Shown here piece after piece: positions 54,565 to 64,000 of a DNA stretch of 64,000 nucleotides. The translations under genes were made by a program, and so were the position numbers. The notes below the pieces were generated by a model that worked only from the letters and a program-made list of their open reading frames with translations, made no database searches and had not been told where the DNA came from. Within the stretch, counting starts at the first letter, position 1. The number at the start of each line of letters is the position of its first letter. Source of the DNA: Narcine bancroftii (taxonomy: Eukaryota); assembly GCF_036971445.1 (NCBI RefSeq), contig NC_091473.1, forward strand, positions 236,778,001 to 236,842,000. The letters run 5' to 3'.

Positions 54565-56395
54565 TCACAAGATTACAAGAGATGGGAGCAGAAGTAGGCC
54601 CATCGAGTTTGCTCATGAACTGATCCATCCTCCCACTTAGCCCAACTCCCTGTAATCATTGATGCCCTGACTAAGCAAATTCTTGTCAATCTCTGCCTTA
54701 AATATACCTAACAACCTCTCTTCCACAACTACCTGTGGCAAAAAAGTTCCACAGACTATCAACCCTCTGGCTAAAGAATTTTTTCCTGCATCTGTTTTAA
54801 ATTGATGCCCTTTTCAACCTGAATTTGTGCCCTCTTGTCCTCAACTCTCCTACCATGCCACATCTACTCTGTTCAGGCCTTTGAGCATTTGAAATGTCTT
54901 TGAGGTCCTTTTATCCTCACTCCAACGAGTACAATCCAAGAGGCATCAAACATTCCTCACATGCTACCTCTTTGATACCTGGTATCATTCCAATAAATTT
55001 TCTCTGAGCACTCTCCAACACAAACACATCCTTTCTCAAATAAGGTGCCCAAAACTATACACAGCACTCCAAGTGAGGACTCTCATTTGCTCTATCCATG
55101 CTAGCATCCTTCCCGTAATTCCATGGGGTCTCATTAAGCATACTCGTGTGACATCTTGTCAAAGACTTTTTGAAAATCCAAATACACAACATCCACTGCA
55201 TCTATGTGATCTCTTCAAAAAGTTCCAGTATATTTGTCAGGCAGGATTTCCCTTTAAGAAAACCATGCTGATTTTGGCCTATCTTGTCATGTGCCTCAAG
55301 GTACTCCATTCTTGACAATTGACTCCAACAGCTTCCCAACTACCGATGTCAGGCTGATAGTTTTCTTTCTGTTGCCTCCCTCCCTTCTTAAGTAATGAAG
55401 TGACAGTTGTGATCCTCCAGTCCTCCGGAACCCTGCCAGAATCCATTGATTCCTGGAAGATGTTTACCAATGCCTCCATAAACTCTACAGCTATCTCCTT
55501 CAGAACTTGAGGGTGCATTCAATCAGTGCAGGACCATTTAGCTTCCGAAGTACCTTCTCTCTTGTGATCTTGACTGTGCTAACTTCCCTTTCCAGAGACT
55601 CTTGAGAATCTGATATGCTACTAATATCTTCCACAGTAAAGACTGATGCAAAATACATATTCAGTTCCTCTCCCATTACAATTCCTCTAGCATCATTATT
55701 GGTCCTACGTCTACTTTTGTCTCTTTTATTCTTCATATATTTAGAAAGATTTTGCTATCCTATTTGATATGCTAACCTTTCATAATTCATCTTTTCCTTC
55801 CTTATCACCTTCTTAGTTGTATTTTTTTTTTAAAACTTCCCAGTCCTCTATCTTTTTGCTTCTTTGAATGCCCTCTCTTTTGCTCTTTGGCTTTAACTTC
55901 CCTCGTCAGCCACAATTCTCTTATTTTTCCCATTCACAAATTTCTTTCTCTTCAGTATGTGCCTTTCCTGCCCTTTCCTCATTCTTGTACAAACTCTAGC
56001 CATTGCTGATCTGCTGACTTCCCTATTAGTGTGCTTTTCCAATCCACTTTGGCCAGTTCTTTTCTGATATGACTAAGTTCCTTTAGTCCACGGAAATACT
56101 GACACGTTGGACTTTAGCCTCCTTTTCAAATTTCAAAATGAACTCAATCCTATTGTGATCATAGCCTAAGGGTTCCTGTGTCTTAAGCTTTCGAATAACC
56201 TCTGGTTCATAATACAGCATCCAATCCAAAACAGCAGATCCCCTGGTGGGCTCATCAACAGTCTGCTTCAAAAAAGCTATCCCGTAGACAATCACAAACT
56301 CTCTCCTGAGATCCTGTACTGACCTGACTTTCCCAATCTATTTTAAAATGCCCCATGATTATTGTAATGTTGTCCTTCTGACTTGTGTTTTCTAG
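54565..56395 (-). mobile_element. Decayed CR1-like LINE in intron 7
   Basis: Remnants VDEPTRGSAVLDW..DHN, ELNMYFASVFTVED, HPQVLKE..PEDWR. Confidence 0.85.
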
Positions 56396-57160
56396 TTACT
56401 TGAGACTTAATCTTAAAACACCTATATAATACACCTGCATGGAGTGAACAGTTTAAAAATCAAAAAATACAATACTGGACTTCCACTGAACAAACTTAAT
56501 TTGCATGAATATATAAATCGTAAAGCATTTCACTTTATTTTTTTAACTGTCGCTGCAGGTTCCTCCCCAACCACAGAGCTCAAAAGATGAATAATAACAT
56601 TAGATAATTCCCCCCCACCAAGCTTTACAGATTACTAATATACTTAATATAGTAATAAAAATAAACTCTCATGGATAAGGAGACATTTTAAGAGAATCAC
56701 CCCAAAGGTGAGTGGTATCAAACACCTCTTCATCCTGGGCGACACCATTGTTTTTTCACCCAACTTTATTCAAACAGCTGCTATGAGCAAGGCACTCTGC
56801 TGGCTGAGTATTTGCTCTAATCAACAAATGTTACTTCAGAGAACATTTAATTTTATAATTTTAAGCTTGCTTTTTTTTTTAAATCTATTTTTAATTTTTT
56901 TTCCTTTGCTTGAATTCCAGATACCAGCAATTTTTACTGTGTTGATATTGCTACATCCTATTTGAAGCAGTTTTGACATTTCAACTGTTGTTTCATATTA
57001 ACAATTTAAAAATTACACCAATTTCAATTGACCAGTTCAAAAAATGCATCTCTCCCTGCTTCCTTTTCGCCCCACCCATGAATTGAGCAAGATAAATCTT
57101 TTACATTTTTAACATGTATGGATTCAAAGGCCAAAACACAAGTTCACATTATAATGCTGA

Positions 57161-57364
<204 letters not shown>

Positions 57365-59559
57365 TAAAAGTATTTTGTTGAGTATTTGACTATCTTACTG
57401 TTTTAAGTTGCATTTAATAATTGGATTATTTGAAAACATGATAGTCACTTTTTAAAGGTGTTAAGTATACCAAGATTAACACTAGTCAAAATAACTTTAA
57501 CAAAATATGATTTGCTTTTGTATTTATTTGCATCCATCAGTTTGAATCCAAACTCTAACTTTTAAAACAAATGTTCTCATTTGTTCATATTCATTACAAA
57601 AATGTTCATATTTCATTACATTCGCATGAGATTGGTTTACTAGATTTATTTTAAACTGGGTGTTGTGGGAATTGAGCAGCATAGTTGTGAACTTATTGGT
57701 TATGACTTAGTTGAAATTAATTTGCTAAATTATCTTTCAATGTACCTGGTGTGCAAGATTTGATACTGAACTAGCAAAAAATGCATAATACGTTTGTGAA
57801 TAGTTTTATTGGAAATCCACCTGGTCTGGTTCTGTCTAATGCAGAACTCTAATCTCCTATACCATGTGTAGTGGGTTCTTGCTATCTTTTAATGGACTGG
57901 CCACTATCAGGAAATGTAATGGTATCTTGAACTTTGCTTTGTTCCTTTCCCATCTCTCTGAAGCAGTATTCTTTAAATAATGTTCATTTGACAATGTGAT
58001 GCGGCCTTGTTGAAATTGATGGAAGAAACTATTTAGCTTTTGTTGGCAAACAATTTATTTAAAATCTATCATAATTCTTAGCTTTTTTAAACATTGACAT
58101 ACAACATATTTCAAAACTAATCTTAGTTTAGAATGTCATTGCATTGTTATTTTTTGTGAATAGGTTACCCTTGGTATCAAAATATATAAGCTCATATTTG
58201 AGCTCATGCGAATGTTTATCAAGTTCACAGTAAAGCTAGAAGAAAAATAAAAACGGCCAATTCAGGCTTTTTGTAAACTTATTCAATCTGGTATTTTGAA
58301 ATGTATAATTTTATCATGTACATTCCAGTAAAGATTTCTTTATCTTGTTAGGTTGTGAGCTGTTCTTAAAACTATGTGAATTTTGCTTCAGCCCCAAGAT
58401 GGTGTGGATTCCTTTTCAAAAGGAAATATTTAAATTGTTAAAGCACAATTTATTTGCATGTATCAGCAATTAACCAACTCTTGTGGCCTTTCTGTTCCTA
58501 AATTTGTGCTCCTGTTCATGACATTACATAGTCACTCCTCCTCCCCCCCCCCCCCCCCCCTCCCCTTGCCCCCGATGGAAGTGTTTAGTTCCAATTAGCC
58601 AACAGTTTTTTTTATTTGGTTGCATTTAGACAAGCCTAATTGAAGCAAAACTTTTGTTCAATTGTGAGACTTGAAATCATTTTAAAATGAACTCCAATTC
58701 CACTTCCAAAACCATTCTTTTATTTTGGTTCTTGATTCTTGTAATCACATTAAATAACAGCCCTCATTCTTTGGCATGCACTAATAAGCATACTTTAAAT
58801 TTCTGTTGGGGAAATAGGTTCTATGGGTACTACATAATAAAAATGCTTATACATTTCTTAACTTTAAATATCTCTTGACTTTTCAATTTTTTAATATTTT
58901 GTCTTTTGATCTTTACACAATTATATAGTTGGAATGTACCAGGGATGCATATTTAGGTTGCAAGATTTTGTTAGTGGACAAATTGTTCACAACTTTTTAA
59001 TTTTAGTATGCTGGTATGTAATTCTCTATATCTGTAATGTTGAATCATTGCATTTATCTTGATTTCCTATCAATCAGAAAAAAGTGTACTTTGAACTGAC
59101 TCTTTAATTGCTCACTTTATTGTGTTGAAATTGTATGGAAATAATTTTCAGATGAGTTTTAATTAACACTTGATGCATGATGTAATGCTTTGTGTTGCTT
59201 TGGAATGTTTTGCAATTAACCCATTTTCTCCACACATTGGTTTAATTTTTATTTTGCTCAATAGAAAGTTTGCAATTGTGTGTGCTGTAGAACTGTAAAA
59301 GAGTACCCATGTATTTACTCCATGGTTATTTGAAATCTGCATGGGCCATGCTTCCATTTGTTTGCACTCGTGTTTTGTCTTTACTAACCTAATCCTGCAC
59401 AGACAAACATTTCAATTATTAGCTTGAACTTAATTTTATATGTCACAAGAAAATTAACAATAGGTTGCTCATGAATGCAATTATAATCAAACTTGCAGTA
59501 AAAGTAGTGTTGAAGGACTGAATTCAGATTTAAAGCTTGCATTGTATATGTAGTAAAAC

Positions 59560-59755
59560 AAAGACTGCAGGCACCGTGGTTGAAGTAAAAACTGAATGGT
59601 GGAGAAACTCAGCAGGTCAAATAGTACTTTATATAGCAAAGGTAAAGATACATAACCAGTGTTTTGGGCTTAAGCCCCTCATCAATATATGTTGATACCT
59701 TGATGAGGGGCTCAAGCCCAAAATGTTGGTTAATGTATTTTTGCTATATAAAGTT
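59560..59755. mobile_element. Palindromic Penelope-like pLTR remnant
   Basis: Inverted arms 59628-59685 / 59700-59753, each with TGATGA-GGGC.loop.GCCC-AAAA; related relic at ~30895-31100. Confidence 0.6.
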
Positions 59756-61575
59756 TTTACTTGAATTGATAAGATCATTTTTAAAATTAAATGTGATAAA
59801 ATTCAAATCAATAACTATTCATTTATGTTTAGTGTTTGAATAAACGAGTTCCTCTATGTTGAGGATTAGAACCATATTTAATGAGTTAATTACAAAGATG
59901 TTGCAGAGCTTCCTGGTAATTTAATGTACCAGGCAACTCTGACATTGAGGTGACTCACTTCCATGCTCCGATTTCAAACTTCTTGTCCGTGTTCTATGCA
60001 AGGGAAATGTAAGGGTTAATATGGATGCCTTTGGTCAAGATGGAATGTTAGTTAGACTTCCTGCTAGTTATCAAGCAGATAACATTTATGGCTGCTTAAT
60101 GGAAATGGGTGACAAATATCATGCTCTAGATTGAAAAGAAGGTATGCTAAATCTGCCAGAAAATGAACAGTTGGTGGAAGTTTTATGAGAGTTAATCATC
60201 CTGATGGAATTGTACACTAACTTGAATGAGCACTTAAAGTAACTGATTATGGTGGTTAGATTTTATTTCTAACATTTATCAGAATAATATAGTAATTAGC
60301 CCATAAAATGATATCAAAAGCAATTATTTGAGTTAATTTCTTATTAAATCAAATAGTTTTTTTATGGGAAACTTCTGGTCATAAATCAACTTCTTGCACT
60401 CTGCTTCAATGTTTTGTTAAAAGTTTGGCTTGAAATCTTGATACATTAATTAACATTGTGAACTGACTGCTTCACTAATGTGCATTTTCAATTCCTTGAT
60501 GTGCTGAACATAAGCCAATAAAATGTTTTTTGCTTCAGATGTCCATCGAAAATCTACAGTAACATTAATTAAAAGATTTATTATCTACAGATCCTGGGGA
60601 TTACTGTGTCCTGAAATGCATCTAGCATTGAGAGTGTGCTGGAATGCAAACCTTGACCATTTCATAAATTCACTTGGAGAATTGAAGTTAAACTGAAGTG
60701 TTTAACTCATACTTCATCTCATTTGAGACAGCTGAAACTCGATGCTTAGAAATTTGTCACTGGATTGGATTTCACGGAAGGCAAACATTAGTAATAAATC
60801 TGGTTCTACATTAATTTATTGTCCTGCAGTAGGTCTTTGCATTTATTTGACATCCAGTTGGTGGTCATTGCAAGAGCAGAGAAGTCCCTGGAAGGTCGAG
60901 GGAAATTTAAGACTGGAGTAAAATGTGTCTGAACAGGATATTTTTATTTTGCCTCTGGTTTTTGAGTTGTATCGATAAGATGAAAAAAATTCTTGATTGA
61001 AACAGCTCTTCCTAGCCTGCAAATGTTGGACGGGTAACACACGTTGGCTGCCATTTTCAATCAACATGAATGAATAGGAAAAGTTATTGATTAATGAGGA
61101 TGAGGCCAAATTTCTGCAAATAATTTATAGCATTGGAAGAATCAGTAATTTCTAGGCCCCAGGAAACATCTGTCATCACAAATCAGATCAGAATACCATC
61201 AATACTAGTTTTGAAATAACTTCAGTTTTAAACTGTAAGATGTGAAATTTGACAAAAAATGTAGGAAAGTTCAGAATTTTCAATTTGATTTTTTTTTAAC
61301 AAATAACTTGTAAATAATGACATTTAGTATAGAATTTCTTCCTATAATAACTCAATTTTTAAATTGGATAGTTACTGCCAATGGTGAGTAAGTTTTTCTC
61401 ATAATTGAATTGTGCTCCCTGCCAATACAATTTAAGAAAATTAAAAAATTCAGAGTTACAAAATATGAATAAACAGATGGCCACTGTGACCAGAAGATTG
61501 ATTCTTCTGAATTCCATTATCGCTACAACTCTAAAAATGCATTGGCCATTTTTGTTATAACCTGTCCCCTATGTT

Positions 61576-61584
61576 TTCCTTTAT
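61576..61584 (+). promoter_or_regulatory. U12-type branch site for exon 9a (non-consensus)
   Basis: TTCCTTTAT versus consensus TTCCTTRAY; A61583 is 14 nt before the 3' splice site. Confidence 0.7.
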
Positions 61585-61597
61585 GTTATGATGTTAG

Positions 61598-61677
61598 ATA
61601 TTGATCAGTTGAAGCTAATAATGCAACTCGTCGGAACACCAGGGCCAGAACTTTTGATGAAAATTTCATCTGAATCT
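61598..61677 (+). CDS. MAPK14: p38-alpha mutually exclusive exon 9a, CSBP2-like ([27 protein letters not shown])
   Basis: 80 nt, tag acceptor, GTGAGT donor; resembles human [27 protein letters not shown]. Confidence 0.94.
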
Positions 61678-62241
61678 GTGAGTTAATGTATTGCCTGTAC
61701 TTTTCATTGGTAGTTATTGATCACACCTGGTAAATGATTTCTTGCAGTGTTTCAAATTAAACCACCAAAGCACAGATCACCAGCATTATTAATTGGCATG
61801 GTTTGATTTAGAAGTTTTTTTTTGTTGGTGTGGTAATTTTTAAAGCAGAAATAGTTTTATAGGTGATATTTTAACATATTCCATAACAAACCAAAATTAA
61901 CAAAAAATCTCAGACTTAATTTATCTTCAATTTTGTTAAATGTGAGTTTGGTATAGGAAAATATTGATTGTTTGAAGTTTGCTTATATTTGACATGCTCT
62001 TTAACTTAAAAATATAGTAGCATCCATTTACCTCTAACATATCTAGTGCCATAGCATGCTGTTAAGATACCACTGCTTCCACCTCTCACCCTTGCATGTT
62101 TGTGTCTTTTATTTTCCATTGCAATCTTTGCACCTGTCTAACATAGCAACTGACAGCACCTTAATTTTACTAAAATTGTTACTTGAGTGGATGAAGACAG
62201 TTTTTCCAAACTTGAGTATCCTTTTGCAAAATGGATAAACG

Positions 62242-62248
62242 CCTTGAC
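62242..62248 (+). promoter_or_regulatory. U12-type branch site for exon 9b
   Basis: CCTTGAC; A62247 is 14 nt before the 3' splice site; no polypyrimidine tract. Confidence 0.85.
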
Positions 62249-62261
62249 CTGGGCGTTAAAG

Positions 62262-62341
62262 ATATTAATCAGCTTCAGCAGATCATGAGATTGACAGGAA
62301 CCCCTCCAGCATCCTTAATTAACAGGATGCCCGGCTATGAG
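62262..62341 (+). CDS. MAPK14: p38-alpha mutually exclusive exon 9b, CSBP1-like (HINQLQQIMRLTGTPPASLINRMPGYE)
   Basis: 80 nt, aag acceptor, GTGAGA donor; resembles human HINQLQQIMRLTGTPPAYLINRMPSHE. Confidence 0.94.
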
Positions 62342-64000
62342 GTGAGACAGACAGGCTGTCACTGAACTCCTTGTTGGGGAGGATATTTGATAGCCATGTA
62401 TTTTCTGTATGTTTGGATTAATTGAGTTTTTGAGAATTGTCAATTTAGCAGTGAACAGATGCCAGTCTCTTTTGGGAATATTTATCTTTTGTTTCCTATG
62501 GACAAAATGCTAAAAATAACTGAAGATTTTAATCTTCCAATTCCATAAACATTGTGGACGAGCCTATCCATAGGTTTACTTAGGCCTGTGTATTCTACTA
62601 TTTATCCAGTGTTTCACACAATAAAACCACAAGATCAACATGATGGTCAGGATTGCAACCAATAATTTGTGCTCCAAATTGATATTTTTGGTTTTAGCAT
62701 GTTGGGAACATGAACAGCTGTAATCCTGTGCATTTGAAGATGATTTGTGATAGAGCCTTTTGGAGAGGAGTACTTTTTAGTGGCTTCAACTTCTTTTGTG
62801 TTTTACAACCATTGAAAGTAGTTTGAAGGATGTGATTTTTTTTTTTTCTCTCTCTTGTTTGCATATTGGACATTATAAGTATTTCTTTCAGTGGTAAATT
62901 AGTCTATATTGGCCTGATAGTAGAATATTTAAATCAGACACACTATTTAGCCAGGAAAGTATTTTGTATAAATACTTAAAATATAATCTAGTTCAGATAG
63001 TAAATACCCAAGGTGGTGTGTGTGGAAAGATGATGAGCACCCACTATTTCTGAGTACTCGGCAAATTTAAATATTCCAGGAAACAAAATGGGATTTGTTT
63101 AAATATGTATGTATTTTTAATATATTTAAATTCCTATGATTGGCCAGAAACTTAAAGTTGCATTAATTCTAGAGTTGGATCCTACTCATTACAGTATTTT
63201 CTGATCACCAATTACCTCAGAAGTTTACAGTTTCAAAATAACTAATTATTGAAAAATAAGCAAGAGGCACTTTTGACCCATCTGTACATTACACTGCAGT
63301 AAGTTAATTGGGCAGAATGGACTCGTGGGCGGAAATGACCTGTTACCGCACTGTATGTCTAAACAAATAATAAGTAATGAACCATCAGAACCTGATTGCA
63401 ATGTTATATATCATATTTTAACCACCAAGCTATTCTGTTCCATTAATTTAGAGATGAGAGAAATCTAGCCTATTTTGAATGCAGATGTTTTAGATTCTAT
63501 TTGATATATGATTGATAAGCTTTGAGTAAAAAGCATTTCAATTGAATTTGAACTGCTTTGGCAACTTTTTAATTGTTGCCTGAAATCCATCTTCAAATTG
63601 ATCAGATAATCTTCATGGAAAAACAAAAAACTTCTCTTGTGCTTGTCCAGTTAGAAGCAGTTATGCTCCAGCTAATCTCTGAACCATACCCCACACATAA
63701 TGACTTGTACAGTTAAGCACTTAACAATCTTTTTTCTGTCACTATACTAATTCAGAAAAAGAAATCCCCAGTTCTGATCAATGGGGAAATCCTCTTAATT
63801 ATTTTTTAAAGCCGTTCCAGAGCATAATTTTAGCAGTATATTTGAGAAAGGTGTTGTCTACTTTTTAGATGACGAATTCTTAAACTAAAAGCTAGCAACT
63901 TCAATTGATATTTCTGTTTTACAGGCACGTTTCTTTCCAAAGTTAGGATGATTTGCATATAGCTATATTCTATCTGTAATCATACCCAGAAAATTATTTA

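Noticed and set aside
60651-60680. CCTTGAC as another U12 branch site
   Set aside because: The first downstream AG is more than 20 nt from the branch A, outside the usual spacing
61598-62341. Exons 9a and 9b as consecutive constitutive exons, or 9b as a pseudo-exon
   Set aside because: They encode the same kinase segment, joint inclusion frameshifts, and both have intact frames and splice sites

Overview
Vertebrate genomic DNA, probably from a cartilaginous fish (inferred from the repeat families; not confirmed). The right 38 kb holds the 5' part of MAPK14 (p38-alpha) on the + strand. It has a CpG-island promoter, coding exons 1-8 (116/130/59/112/30/48/115/72 nt) and two mutually exclusive 80-nt exons (CSBP2-like and CSBP1-like) behind a U12-type donor. 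The remaining exons lie beyond the window. The left 25 kb is nested transposon debris ending in a full-length but decayed minus-strand Gypsy element (19607-25305, TSD CCTAG) that sits back to back with the MAPK14 promoter. Three features stand out. (1) The Gypsy element lacks a tRNA-type PBS; a 14-nt sequence at that position is perfectly complementary to its own R-region poly(A) signal, suggesting self-priming and/or poly(A) masking. (2) A 16 x 47-bp array is expanded only in the promoter-proximal LTR. (3) A U12/U2 hybrid mutually exclusive exon cassette has one minor branch point inside a small hairpin. There is a 584-nt assembly gap at 47259-47842. All calls are by eye; no database searches were run.
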